64,000 nt of DNA. Origin: an uncultured Alphaproteobacteria bacterium (GTDB taxonomy: Bacteria > Pseudomonadota > Alphaproteobacteria > RF32 > CAG-239). Both the position numbers and the translations under genes were made by a program. Positions 29,692-39,940 of this stretch are shown one piece after another (within the stretch, counting starts at the first letter, position 1; each line of letters starts with the position of its first letter). The stretch is taken from NCBI GenBank assembly GCA_944393175.1, contig CALXZH010000010.1, positions 2,733 through 66,732 of the forward strand, given 5' to 3'. Under the pieces are notes generated by a model. The model worked only from the letters and a program-made list of their open reading frames with translations, was not told where the DNA came from and made no database searches.

Positions 29692-29785
29692 TTATTGCTC
29701 CGTTTTTTATTGTTATTGCAACAAACATTTACAATTTGCCACAAAAATGCTTTTTTGTCAATCTCACTCTCTAACCGCCCGAATA

Positions 29786-31474
29786 CTAGTTGGTTGATTC
29801 TTTTTTGCAGGTCACCATAATGGAGCCGTCAGACAAAAGTGAAGACAAAACCTCTACCACGGTATTATTGTTGCGTGTCAGACTAAAGGTTTTGGTTGTT
29901 GTACTCATAATGTGATTTATAATATCTTTTTTTAATTCAGGCCAATTTTCAACGTAGCTGAAGTAGCGTTGATGCGCCTCCCACAGCTCGGATATTGTCG
30001 GTTCTTTTTGCAAAAATATTTCCGGCAAATTCCATAGCTTGAGGTATGATTGATTATAAAATTTTAAACGCCCGTTTGAACCAAAAATCACAACACCGTC
30101 AAATAAATTATCTAGCAACTCCTGTTGAACAGACAGCAAAGAATTATAGGCACGGCGCGTGGCCAAACGATCCGAGACATCTTCAAAAGCAAAGACCAAA
30201 CCGCCTAAAGGATAAGGCGCACGTACTCGGCGAATCGTGTTTCCGTTGGGAAGATGCAATAAATCTTCTTTAGGCTCTATTATTCGAGAAAAGTCTTTTT
30301 GTTCGTCCGACTTATAACTTCTGAAATCGGGAACTTCAGGCAACATTCTTTTTTCTCTTATTATATCCAAAAACGAACTATAGCTCGGATGAGTCTCCAG
30401 CCAAACATCTTCCAAACCCCAAAAAGATGCAAATGACTTATTGTAAAACGACAGCTTATAGGCATTGTCAAACACCGCAAATGCCGTACCTAATGCACCC
30501 AAAATTTCAAGATGCGCATTTTGATGAAGTTTAAAATTGCGTTTTAGTTCATCTAGTTCCGTTACATCAATCAAAGCTCCAGCCGTATAGATTTTATCAA
30601 GACTGTCATCGCCGTGAAACGGGGTTTCAATTGCCTCAAAGCTCCTGCGCTCACCATTTTTAACTAAATTTATTGTTTGTTTGCGCGGGCGGTTTGTGGC
30701 TTGTGCCTGCAAGGCCAAATTTGCAGAAACACTCTCATTGTTAACACTCATAATTTCCGTTTGGTTTTTAAGAATGTCCTCTTTGTTTTTTTCTTTCGTA
30801 AACTCCATGTATTGTTTGTTTATTTCCTGAAGATGTAAATTTTCATCGCGCAACCATATCGGAAATGAAAGATTGTCGATTAAGTCTTCTAAGCGGTGAA
30901 TTTTATTGAAAGCTTGATTCTTTTCTTCTTCCAAATTAAGGATTTTATTGGTGTCTCGGCTTATGTCCCGAAACCAAATCATATCACAATAGACATTACC
31001 GTCCAACGCATTAATGCGACAACCTGCCAAATTTAAGTATTTATTGCTATTTTTGAGTAAAAACTCTTCTTCAAATGATATTCCTTCTTCTTTCAGAAAT
31101 TTTACGTATTTTTGAATTTTGGCACTGTCTTCTTTGGAAAAATTTTTCAAAATGTCGCTAAAATTTGATTGCGTGCCGTTCGGCAAATTCAGTATTACGG
31201 CCAGACGACGCGAACAGTGCTCTTTTATTTCTTTGCGCGGGTCATTCACTTTTTCATCAGGGTAAATAAAGGCAAAATACCCATCTTTTGAGGCATAAAG
31301 CGTTTCAGCATATCGTTCTCGGTCACGGTTCAAAAAATAATTGCGCTGGTTTAATTTAAGTATCTTTATTTCTCTGGTGCCGATGTATGCCAACAAAATA
31401 ATCAGACCCAAGCCAAGAGTATACCAAAGTTCCGGTGCGGCATAAAACATATTTATCAGCAAAGTTTCATTCAT
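29786..31474 (-). CDS. Membrane-anchored multi-PAS-like domain protein with no recognisable kinase or output domain.
   Basis: N-terminal TM helix. Repeated PAS-like segments (...VVIFGSNGRLKFYNQSYLKLWNL..., ...FAVFDNAYKLSFYNKSFASFWGL...). No H-box or HATPase motifs. Confidence 0.45.
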   Translation of the reverse strand: MNETLLINMFYAAPELWYTLGLGLIILLAYIGTREIKILKLNQRNYFLNRDRERYAETLYASKDGYFAFIYPDEKVNDPRKEIKEHCSRRLAVILNLPNGTQSNFSDILKNFSKEDSAKIQKYVKFLKEEGISFEEEFLLKNSNKYLNLAGCRINALDGNVYCDMIWFRDISRDTNKILNLEEEKNQAFNKIHRLEDLIDNLSFPIWLRDENLHLQEINKQYMEFTKEKNKEDILKNQTEIMSVNNESVSANLALQAQATNRPRKQTINLVKNGERRSFEAIETPFHGDDSLDKIYTAGALIDVTELDELKRNFKLHQNAHLEILGALGTAFAVFDNAYKLSFYNKSFASFWGLEDVWLETHPSYSSFLDIIREKRMLPEVPDFRSYKSDEQKDFSRIIEPKEDLLHLPNGNTIRRVRAPYPLGGLVFAFEDVSDRLATRRAYNSLLSVQQELLDNLFDGVVIFGSNGRLKFYNQSYLKLWNLPEIFLQKEPTISELWEAHQRYFSYVENWPELKKDIINHIMSTTTKTFSLTRNNNTVVEVLSSLLSDGSIMVTCKKESTN

Positions 31475-31570
31475 TTTGACTTAAATCCAGCATAAAATTA
31501 TTGTATCTGTTGTGAATTTATAATATAAAACAAATTATTCAAACATTAAAAACTTATAAGTGAACAAAAT

Positions 31571-32233
31571 ATGTATACTCTTGCTTTTGATACCACCGCC
31601 GCCGGATGTTCGGTCGCTTTAATGAAAGATGAAACTCTGCTTGATAAGTATGTGGAGGAAATGGATTTCGGACAGGCCGAGGTGTTAATTCCGGCTATTC
31701 AAAGTTTATTGCAAAAACATAATCTTTTGGTAAAAGAATTAGATTTAATGGCGGTTTGTACGGGTCCCGGATCTTTTACGGGCGTGCGCTCCAGCATTTC
31801 GGCCGCAAGAGCATTTGCTTTTGCCTGCCCAAAAACAGTGGTGACAGGTGTGTCGGCTTTTGATGCATATGCTTATTCCCTATCTTGGAATCCAGAAGAA
31901 ATTGCGCCGGTTAACGCCGTGATTATCGAAACCAAAAGAGAAGATTTTTACGTTCAACTTTTTGATGAACATCTTAATAAAATAACCGAACCAAATGCTC
32001 TAAACAGAGATGATATTATTGCCGAACTCAGAGGCAAAAAAGTTTCGTTTATCGGTGATGGGGTGGAGCGCTTTTTGGCGACGCCGACAGGCCTGAGTTT
32101 GCACGCAATTTTGATTGAGCCTCATTTGGATATTGAAGATTTGGCTTTGTGCGCCATCCGCAAATTTCAGAAAAAAGCAACCGATTATCCAAAACCGATT
32201 TATTTACGCGCCCCTGACGTTTGCATTAAGTAA
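31571..32233 (+). CDS. tsaB: tRNA threonylcarbamoyladenosine biosynthesis protein TsaB (YeaZ).
   Basis: MYTLAFDTTAAGCSVAL... GPGSFTGVRSSI motif. Confidence 0.75.
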   Translation: MYTLAFDTTAAGCSVALMKDETLLDKYVEEMDFGQAEVLIPAIQSLLQKHNLLVKELDLMAVCTGPGSFTGVRSSISAARAFAFACPKTVVTGVSAFDAYAYSLSWNPEEIAPVNAVIIETKREDFYVQLFDEHLNKITEPNALNRDDIIAELRGKKVSFIGDGVERFLATPTGLSLHAILIEPHLDIEDLALCAIRKFQKKATDYPKPIYLRAPDVCIK

Positions 32234-32235
32234 GT

Positions 32236-32778
32236 TTATGAAAGTTTTGCCAACAGAAGACTGTAGGCATTCGTGAGTTGTTTGAATTTTTCTTCGGCTT
32301 CTTTATCACCGTGATTTGCATCAGGGTGATATTTTTTTGCTAATTTTTTATATTGACGTTTAAGACTCTCCAGACTGACTTCTGAAATCTTTAACTCCAT
32401 TATCTCTAAACATTTTCGTTCTTCGGCGCTAAAATATTTTTCTTCTTGTGCTCCGCCGAAGGCCTCTCCATATTCTCCAAAAAAGCCAAAATCATCCTTA
32501 AAGTTATAGCCGTGTTTATACCGAACTTTAGAGCGGAAACTAAAGCGCATTCTTGATTTTTCGCTTTCTTCTTCATCCGGAATTTCTCCGGCATAATAAT
32601 TCCATTTTGCATTATATTCTTGGACATGTTTTAAGCAAAACCAATAATATTCTTTTAGCGAGCGGTCTTTGGGCGCACGATATTCTCCCGCTTTATTACA
32701 TCCGGGATGATCACATTTGCGCTCTTTGTCTTCCGTTTGCGGCGCAAAGTATTTTTTGCTTCTTTGTACTTTCCTCAT
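32236..32778 (-). CDS. Small J-domain (DnaJ-like) protein with an N-terminal Cys/His zinc-finger-like segment and a C-terminal J domain.
   Basis: C-terminal ...[37 protein letters not shown] (HPD motif). N-terminal CDHPGC...FCLKH. Confidence 0.6.
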   Translation of the reverse strand: MRKVQRSKKYFAPQTEDKERKCDHPGCNKAGEYRAPKDRSLKEYYWFCLKHVQEYNAKWNYYAGEIPDEEESEKSRMRFSFRSKVRYKHGYNFKDDFGFFGEYGEAFGGAQEEKYFSAEERKCLEIMELKISEVSLESLKRQYKKLAKKYHPDANHGDKEAEEKFKQLTNAYSLLLAKLS

Positions 32779-32900
32779 TCGTTTATTTTTATTTGTTTTA
32801 CTCTTTTTAATTGTATTTTAATTTTTTATGTTTTATATTAGCTCAGTGAAATTTTAATAGCAATATCTTAAAAAGCTATTTTTGATGAAACGGATGATAT

Positions 32901-33257
32901 ATGACAAAACTTCTTAATCGGGTTATCATTATTAACAAACGACGAACAAGTATGCGCTTGTGCCAAGAAGAATGGGGCGCCTTAGACAGTATTTGTAAAT
33001 ATGAAAAAATGAATCGAAACAAAATTTTTGAAGTACTGGAAAGTTTGCCTGATTATGGCTTGGGACTGACTTATTTAACAAGATTGTTTATGCTGATGTA
33101 TTATCAAGATGTGGCTCGTGAAGCACTATATCAGCAAGGAAATTGCATTCCGCGCCGCGCCGTTAAAATCTTTGAAAAAATTGAGAATCTTCCTCACACT
33201 AAAGAAAATAGTAGAGCAAAAAAGCCGCTATCAGCAAAGGGCCCCAATAGTAAATAG
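32901..33257 (+). CDS. Ribbon-helix-helix-like small protein. Similar to the alphaproteobacterial 'aryl-sulfate sulfotransferase'-misannotated RHH family.
   Basis: KRRTSMRLCQEEWGALDSICKYEKMNRNKIFEVL matches the (K)R-T-S-V-S-L...FW-x-AL...LI pattern of that family. Its 3' end overlaps the convergent gene by 59 nt. Confidence 0.4.
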   Translation: MTKLLNRVIIINKRRTSMRLCQEEWGALDSICKYEKMNRNKIFEVLESLPDYGLGLTYLTRLFMLMYYQDVAREALYQQGNCIPRRAVKIFEKIENLPHTKENSRAKKPLSAKGPNSK

Positions 33258-34278
33258 ACGTTTTTTTAGTTTGGGACGGTGTTTTTGACTTAAGGCGCGA
33301 AAAAATTTTATTTGACTTTTCTTCAATGCGCAGATGACCATCTTTGGCTTTCAAATCATGTAAATATGACTTATTTTTGTTTTCCCAATTTTCATCATGG
33401 GTTTTAAACTCGGCCAACAATGGTGTGGCGTAGTGTTTGGTTATATCTTTTATATCCACCGCAGGACAATATAATTTCAGCAAATCTATTGCCCTTTTGA
33501 TGTTACATTCTTCGGCATTTTGCGGTTTTATTTCATTGATAACATTTTGAAAAGCATAGTATTGCTGTTGTTTGCTGATATTTCTGATAACCGAAAAGTC
33601 CAGCCAAGAAACCTCTTCTTTGGAATTGCACAAAACAGAATTCCAATCCAAAATTAAATAACATTTTCGATACAACATATAGAAAAATAGGCGTGATAAA
33701 TTTTGCTGCTCTGCCAGTGAAAGTGTTTCTACTGCCTTTATTTCCTCGGGAAAAACAATAAACAATTTTTCTGAAGTCGTTTGCTGCCAATCAATTGATA
33801 ATTTTAAATTGCCTTCGCATCCTGCCGCAAAATTTTGTATTTCTGAAAATTCTGCTCCATACAATCTCATGTCTGAGTTGAGCTCAAGCAGGTTAAGCAA
33901 ATAGCTTTCGTCGAGCTTGGAATTGGTAGAGACTAGGTCGGGCACCAGCTTTTCACCCAGCAAAAAATCTTCTTGCGACATGGCTTGCTTGGCTACAATA
34001 TCTCCTTTTAAGTTTCGCTCAAGACGGTGCGGCGGCTTTACGCCATAACTCAAGGCCAGCGTGGTGGCGCACAAAGCTCCCAAAGAATTGGGATGTGAAT
34101 TTATGTAATTCTCTATTCTGCGCGCCGGTTTTAACGGTGATTTTTTTACGAAGAATCGCGCAATAATAAGGGCTCTGTGAAATGACGGAAGATGATACAG
34201 CAAAAACAACATATCCGCTTTTGCCATATTAATTGCTAACTTTTGTTTTTTTAAGAATTGTAAAAATCCATTTATCAT
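33199..34278 (-). CDS. Hypothetical protein (359 aa) with a C-terminal transmembrane anchor.
   Basis: Long ORF. C-terminal YYWGPLLIAAFLLYYFL hydrophobic tail. Confidence 0.4.
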   Translation of the reverse strand: MINGFLQFLKKQKLAINMAKADMLFLLYHLPSFHRALIIARFFVKKSPLKPARRIENYINSHPNSLGALCATTLALSYGVKPPHRLERNLKGDIVAKQAMSQEDFLLGEKLVPDLVSTNSKLDESYLLNLLELNSDMRLYGAEFSEIQNFAAGCEGNLKLSIDWQQTTSEKLFIVFPEEIKAVETLSLAEQQNLSRLFFYMLYRKCYLILDWNSVLCNSKEEVSWLDFSVIRNISKQQQYYAFQNVINEIKPQNAEECNIKRAIDLLKLYCPAVDIKDITKHYATPLLAEFKTHDENWENKNKSYLHDLKAKDGHLRIEEKSNKIFSRLKSKTPSQTKKTSIYYWGPLLIAAFLLYYFL

Positions 34279-34338
34279 TTATAATACCACTTAACTTAAG
34301 GTCTTTTTCTTAAACAAAAAGTCATCTCTGAGGTTAAT

Positions 34339-35172
34339 ATGCCCGAACTGCCGGAAGTCGAAACAATTAAAAATGCTCTCCAAAAAGCTATCGGTTATGC
34401 TAATATAGTCAATGTTTGCATAAACGACAATCGATTTCGGCAAATTATTCCTGACGATTTTGCTCAAAAAATATCCGGCTCCAAAATCACTAACTACCAA
34501 AGAATCGCCAAATATATTGTTATTTCACTTGATAACGGTTACAGCATTATCTGGCATTTGGGAATGAGCGGCAGAGTGAAAATTTGCGACACGATGCCTG
34601 AACTTGAAAAGCATGACCATGTGGTGTTTGAAACATCTAAGGGAATCGTTATTTATCATGATCCAAGGCGGTTCGGATTGCTCTCTTATTGTAAAACAGA
34701 CGAACTTACTCAAAACAAGATTTTTAAGAATTCCGGACTTGACCCGTTTGATGAAAAGTTGACCCCCAAATTTCTACACGACAAGTTAAAAAACAAAAAA
34801 ACAGCCATCAAAATTGCTTTGCTTGACCAAAGGATTATTAACGGAATCGGCAATATTTATGCCTCGGAGGCTTTGTTTGAGGCTAAGATTTTGCCGATGA
34901 GAGAATCCTTATCTTTGAGTTTGGCGGAATGCAAAAACTTGATTGCGGCAATTAGAGATATTTTGCAAAAGGCTATAGCTGCCGGCGGCTCAACACTCAG
35001 AGATTATAAAAAGCCCGATGGCAGCCTCGGCTATTTTCAAAATCAACATTGTGTGTATAATAAAACCGGAATGCCTTGCCCCGATTGTACCTGCGGTCTA
35101 AAAAACGGCGGTATACAAAAAATTGTTTTGGGCGGACGTTCCACCTTTTTCTGTCCCGAAAAACAAAAGTGA
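34339..35172 (+). CDS. mutM: Formamidopyrimidine-DNA glycosylase.
   Basis: N-terminal MPELPEVETIK with catalytic Pro2/Glu3. C-terminal C4 zinc finger CPDCTCG...FFCPEKQ. Confidence 0.9.
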   Translation: MPELPEVETIKNALQKAIGYANIVNVCINDNRFRQIIPDDFAQKISGSKITNYQRIAKYIVISLDNGYSIIWHLGMSGRVKICDTMPELEKHDHVVFETSKGIVIYHDPRRFGLLSYCKTDELTQNKIFKNSGLDPFDEKLTPKFLHDKLKNKKTAIKIALLDQRIINGIGNIYASEALFEAKILPMRESLSLSLAECKNLIAAIRDILQKAIAAGGSTLRDYKKPDGSLGYFQNQHCVYNKTGMPCPDCTCGLKNGGIQKIVLGGRSTFFCPEKQK

Positions 35173-35178
35173 GATGTC

Positions 35179-35556
35179 ATGAAAAACTATATTTACAAAA
35201 TTATAATGATTTGTGTTTTAAGTATCTTGTTTATGTCAGGAAAAGTTTGGGCAACTACCTTTATTGACGGTTTGGAAGATGTCCCCTTAATGAACGGCGT
35301 TTCCCAAATTCAAAAAGACACCATTAGTTTCGGTAATGAGGAATCGCGTTTTGTTGAGGCTTATTTGACCAGTTCAAAAATCGGCTTTAAAGCAATTGAG
35401 AATTTTTATACCAAGACTCTTCCTCAACTCGGCTGGACTTTTCAGGGAAAAAACGGAAATACTTTGCTCTTTTATCGCGAAAATGAAATGCTCGAAATTG
35501 TTAAAGAATCCGCAAAACCTTTGGAAGTAAGAATTACGGTTAAAAATAAATTATAA
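35179..35556 (+). CDS. Small secreted hypothetical protein (signal peptide).
   Basis: 125 aa, hydrophobic N-terminus MICVLSILFMSGKVWA. Confidence 0.45.
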   Translation: MKNYIYKIIMICVLSILFMSGKVWATTFIDGLEDVPLMNGVSQIQKDTISFGNEESRFVEAYLTSSKIGFKAIENFYTKTLPQLGWTFQGKNGNTLLFYRENEMLEIVKESAKPLEVRITVKNKL

Positions 35557-35570
35557 GCAGAGGCAAAAAA

Positions 35571-36332
35571 ATGGAATTAAATACTCTTACCAGCGAAATC
35601 AGAGAAAATGTAGGCATTATTACACTTAACCGCCCCAAAGCACTTAATGCTGTCAGTGAAGAAATGCTTAAAGAATTAACTTCACAAACTCAGGCTTTTG
35701 ACGAAGATGAAAGAATAAACGCCATTATTATTCGCGGTTCAGATAAAGCTTTTGCCACGGGAATCGACGTCGGTGATTTGGTTGCAAAAATAAACACCAA
35801 AGATACGGAACTCTTGAAAATGCACCAATATATGAGCGTTTTTAGAATGACACGTAAGCCGGTTATTGCCGAAGTCGCCGGTTTTGCTTTGGGAATCGGC
35901 TGCGAAATTGCCTTAAGCTGCGATATTGTTTTGGCGGCAGATAATGCCAAATTCGGACAACCGGAACTCAGTTTGGCTATGATTCCTTGCTTTGGCGCAA
36001 CGCAACTGCTTACAAAAGCTATCGGAAAAGCAAAAGCTATGGAAGTGATTTTAAGCGGACGTGCGCTTAATGCCGATGAGGCTGAAAAATGCGGACTCGT
36101 CAGCCGAATTGTTCCTTTAATGGATTTGGACGCAGAAGCCTACAAGGTTGCAAAAAGAATCGCCGACCAATCAGTCATGGCCGTCGGTGTGGCAAAGCAA
36201 GTCATTAAACAAGCTGCCGCAAACGCACCTTTGGATGCGGGACTCGTAGCCGAAGCTCAAAGCTGCAGAATGTGCCTTAACAGTGATGAATTTAAGACTG
36301 CTTTGAGCAATTTTATTGAAAAACACTCCTAA
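35571..36332 (+). CDS. Enoyl-CoA hydratase/isomerase (crotonase) family protein.
   Basis: Crotonase-fold N-terminus GIITLNRPKALNAVS and oxyanion-hole region AFATGIDV / GFALGIGCE. Confidence 0.75.
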   Translation: MELNTLTSEIRENVGIITLNRPKALNAVSEEMLKELTSQTQAFDEDERINAIIIRGSDKAFATGIDVGDLVAKINTKDTELLKMHQYMSVFRMTRKPVIAEVAGFALGIGCEIALSCDIVLAADNAKFGQPELSLAMIPCFGATQLLTKAIGKAKAMEVILSGRALNADEAEKCGLVSRIVPLMDLDAEAYKVAKRIADQSVMAVGVAKQVIKQAAANAPLDAGLVAEAQSCRMCLNSDEFKTALSNFIEKHS

Positions 36333-36457
36333 GAGCTTAAAAAAAGCCAAAAAATGGCATTTTTTGTAAAAATTTGTGTTGACTTAAACCCCGCATAGAG
36401 TTTATAAAGCATATCAGAATTTAATATTGTTTAACTTTTTAAGACAGGATTAATATT

Positions 36458-36718
36458 ATGGCCAATCATAAATCGGCAAAAACCAGAATTAAAAGAAATA
36501 ATAAAAGAGCTGTTATTAACGGTGCTCGCAGAAGTCGTGTTCGTACTTTCGTTAAGAAAGTGATTGCTGCTGTTTTGGAAAACAATAAAGAAGCCGCTAA
36601 AGCCGCTTTTGCTGTTGCAGAATCCGAATTGATGAGAGCTGCTCAAAGAGGTGTTATTGAAAAACATAATGCTTCTCGTACAGTTTCTCGCCTTTCTAAG
36701 AAAGTTAAGGCTCTTTAA
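36458..36718 (+). CDS. rpsT: 30S ribosomal protein S20.
   Basis: MANHKSAKTRIKRNNKRAVINGARRSRVRTFVKKV... Confidence 0.9.
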   Translation: MANHKSAKTRIKRNNKRAVINGARRSRVRTFVKKVIAAVLENNKEAAKAAFAVAESELMRAAQRGVIEKHNASRTVSRLSKKVKAL

Positions 36719-37204
36719 TCTCACTTTTTAGAAGTGTTTTTAAACACAAATCAATCTTTCCTTTGTTATGCATAAGGAAATTTTGGTTTGTGTTTTTTTG
36801 TGCCCTAATCCTACGAATCTCAACGACTCTGAAAGAATCTTATGTCAAGAAAATTAATTTTAATGTTCTTAAAATGTTCTGTTGTAATTATTTTTTTTGA
36901 AGTTTACTATCCAAATTACTTTAGAGAAGTACCTCGTAAATTTTAATTTTCGAATCTTTTCTAAAATCCTTTCTCTTAACTTTCTTAAGAGAGTTTATCA
37001 AAATGAATTGTTGTGCTATGGGGATAGCATCAGTGATGTTTTGAGGCTTTTTTTATAAAAATATATGAGAGAAGTATTATTTTAGATACAGTAACGAAAG
37101 TTAAAATTTCGATTTTGCGAAATGATGTTTGGGGTTTTGGGGAAAGCTGAGTTGTTTTGCAAAATCTATTAGTTTGAAACTTATTTTTTAGATGGGGAGA
37201 TAAA

Positions 37205-38656
37205 ATGGCTGACGAAGCTACTATAATAAACAATTCTGTTCAAGACCAATGGGGACAGATTTGCAGCCAATTAAAAAATGAAGTCGGTGAAACTGCTTTT
37301 GACAGTTGGTTAAAACCGCTTACTCCGGGTTCCTTTTCTGACGGCGTAATGAATATTTGTGTGCCGACGCGTTTTATGCGCAACTGGGTCATCACCCATT
37401 ATTCCGACAGAATCCACAAAATTTGGGAAAAGAAAAACCCCGCCATTAAAAGTGTTAATTTTGTGGTTCAAGCTATGCAGGACGAAGCTAAAGGTCTTTA
37501 TAATCCTTCCTGCCGCTCCTTATTGAAGAAAATTTCTTCAAGTCCTTCTCCTTCGAATATTTATCAAAGCGGTATTAATTCCGTTTTGGCTAACAATAAT
37601 GATTTTCAGGTTAGCGGAGACAGCCAACAATCCTTATCCGTTCCTTTGAATCCTCAATATACTTTCGATAACTTTGTGGTCGGCAAAACAAACGAATTTG
37701 CTTATGCCGCTGCAAGAAAAGTTGCCGAATCCAGAAATGTTTCTTTTAACCCGTTGTTTTTATACTCCGGCGTTGGTTTGGGCAAAACACACTTAATGCA
37801 CGCTATTGCTTGGCACATTAAACAACAAGACCCGACCAGAAACATTGTTTATTTGTCAGCTGAAAAGTTTATGTATAAGTTTGTTCGCGCTTTGCGTTAC
37901 AAAGATACTACAGCTTTCAAAGAACAATTCCGTTCCGTTGACGTTTTGATGGTTGATGACGTTCAATTTATGGGCGGCAAAGACACCACTCAAGCAGAGT
38001 TCTTCTACACCTTTAATTCTTTGATTGAGGAAGGTCGCCAAATCATTATCTCTGCCGACAAATCTCCTTCAGATTTGGAAGGTATCGAGGCTCGCCTGAA
38101 ATCTCGCCTCGGTTGCGGTTTGGTTGCCGATATTCATCCGACGGATTTTGATTTGAGAATGGGAATTCTTGAAAATAAGGCTCGCCAGTTGGGTGTTGAA
38201 CTACCGCAAAAAGTGGCTGAATTTTTGGCTCAAAAAATTACTTCTAACATTCGCGAACTTGAAGGCGCTTTGCGCAGAGTTATCGCTCACTCTCAACTCT
38301 TGTCTGACAAAGAAATTACTTTGGATATGACACAAGATGTGTTGAAAGATATGCTGCGCTCTTTTGATAAACGCACAACTATTGATGAAATTCAAAAGAA
38401 AGTGGCCGAACACTTCAATATTTCGGTTAAAGAAATGCAATCTTCTCGCAGAGCTCGCACGGTTGCCCGTCCAAGACAAATTGCCATGTATTTGGCTAAG
38501 CAACTGACTTCTCGTTCTTTACCCGAAATCGGACGCAAGTTTGACAGAGACCATACAACCGTCATGCATGCCGTTCGCAAAGTTGAAGAGTTGATTTTGG
38601 AAGATGCTTCTTTGGCAGAAAACGTTGATGCTTTAAGACGTGCTTTGGAAGCATAA
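37205..38656 (+). CDS. dnaA: Chromosomal replication initiator DnaA.
   Basis: AAA+ Walker A GVGLGKTHL, sensor motifs, C-terminal DNA-binding helix ...HTTVMHAVRKVE. A 480-bp AT-rich upstream region (36719-37204) precedes it. Confidence 0.95.
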   Translation: MADEATIINNSVQDQWGQICSQLKNEVGETAFDSWLKPLTPGSFSDGVMNICVPTRFMRNWVITHYSDRIHKIWEKKNPAIKSVNFVVQAMQDEAKGLYNPSCRSLLKKISSSPSPSNIYQSGINSVLANNNDFQVSGDSQQSLSVPLNPQYTFDNFVVGKTNEFAYAAARKVAESRNVSFNPLFLYSGVGLGKTHLMHAIAWHIKQQDPTRNIVYLSAEKFMYKFVRALRYKDTTAFKEQFRSVDVLMVDDVQFMGGKDTTQAEFFYTFNSLIEEGRQIIISADKSPSDLEGIEARLKSRLGCGLVADIHPTDFDLRMGILENKARQLGVELPQKVAEFLAQKITSNIRELEGALRRVIAHSQLLSDKEITLDMTQDVLKDMLRSFDKRTTIDEIQKKVAEHFNISVKEMQSSRRARTVARPRQIAMYLAKQLTSRSLPEIGRKFDRDHTTVMHAVRKVEELILEDASLAENVDALRRALEA

Positions 38657-38820
38657 GTTATTCTCTCCTAAAAAAATAAAGGAAACCTCGTAAATCATTA
38701 CGGGGTTTTCTTTTATCGAATCGCCATCAAAAAGCTGTTGATAAGCCGTGTTTTTTGTTATGATTTTGGTGCAATGTGCTAAAATCAGCCTAATAAAAAA
38801 CTAATTTTTTGGTGATGAAA

Positions 38821-39939
38821 ATGAAATTTACTATCGAACGCGCAAATTTGCTCAAATCTTTAAGCCACGTCCAAAGCATCGTGGAAAAAAGAAATACGAT
38901 TCCCGTTCTGTCTAACGTGCGAATCGAAGCCTTAGAAGACGGCATCAGCTTTAAGGCGACCGATATGGATACCGAAATTACGGAAATTGTAGATGCAAAA
39001 ACCTCTGAAGTCGGCGCAACAACCGCTCCGGCACATATGCTCTACGATATTGTCAGAAAATTATCGGACGGCTCAGATGTTGAACTCACCTTCCCTGATG
39101 AAAAAGGACAATTAACGATTGCTTCCGGAAAATCTAAGTTTTCTCTGTCTTGCATAGGAGTTGAAGATTTTCCGGTTATTTCGGGTGACAAGTTGCCGAC
39201 AAACTTTGTGATGGCTAAAGAAGAATTAAAAGACGTTATTGACCGCACAAAATTTGCCGTTTCAACCGAAGAAACCAGATATTATTTGAACGGTGTTTAT
39301 ATGCATGCCAAAAACGAAGGCGAAGCTAAAGTTTTGCGCATTGTTGCAACCGACGGCCACCGTTTGGCTTGTGTTGAATCGCCTTTGCCGAGTGGTGCCG
39401 AAAATATGGTCGGCGTTATTATTCCGAGAAAAACAATCGGCGAAGTTCGCAAACTCTTAGATGACACAAGTGCCGATGAAATTTCGGTTGCTCTGTCTGA
39501 AAATAAAATTCGTTTCACGATGGAAGACATTACTTTAACATCAAAACTCATTGACGGAACTTATCCGGATTATGAACGCGTTATTCCGACCGATAACGAT
39601 AAAGTTTTGGAATTGGGCGTTAAAGACTTGGCTGCTGCCGTTGACCGTGTTTCGGTTGTGGCTGAAAGAACTCGCGCCATTAAAATGCTGACGGCCAAGA
39701 ATCATGTTACAATCACAACTTCAAGTCCTGACCTTGGCAGTGCTCAAGAAGAATTGGAAGCAAAATATGACAGCGAGCCCTTGGAAATCGGCTATAACTT
39801 CCGCTATTTGTTGGATATTTTGGCTGAGGTTAAGGGTGAGAGCGTTCGTATCAGTTTTGCAGACGGTTCTTCTCCTTCCGTTATTCATGATACCTCGGAT
39901 TCAAGCGCAATTTATGTTTTGATGCCAATGAGAGTATAA
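38821..39939 (+). CDS. dnaN: DNA polymerase III beta sliding clamp.
   Basis: MKFTIERANLLKSL... The start is chosen at the third Met of ORF 38809. Confidence 0.9.
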   Translation: MKFTIERANLLKSLSHVQSIVEKRNTIPVLSNVRIEALEDGISFKATDMDTEITEIVDAKTSEVGATTAPAHMLYDIVRKLSDGSDVELTFPDEKGQLTIASGKSKFSLSCIGVEDFPVISGDKLPTNFVMAKEELKDVIDRTKFAVSTEETRYYLNGVYMHAKNEGEAKVLRIVATDGHRLACVESPLPSGAENMVGVIIPRKTIGEVRKLLDDTSADEISVALSENKIRFTMEDITLTSKLIDGTYPDYERVIPTDNDKVLELGVKDLAAAVDRVSVVAERTRAIKMLTAKNHVTITTSSPDLGSAQEELEAKYDSEPLEIGYNFRYLLDILAEVKGESVRISFADGSSPSVIHDTSDSSAIYVLMPMRV

Positions 39940-39940
39940 G

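Noticed and set aside
36719-37204. AT-rich 480-bp region upstream of dnaA as the chromosomal origin (oriC).
   Set aside because: I could find only weak DnaA-box-like matches (e.g. CTATCCAAA, CTATCCCCA) and no clear cluster of TTATCCACA-type boxes. In Rhizobiales oriC is usually near hemE rather than dnaA. Not supported by the sequence alone.
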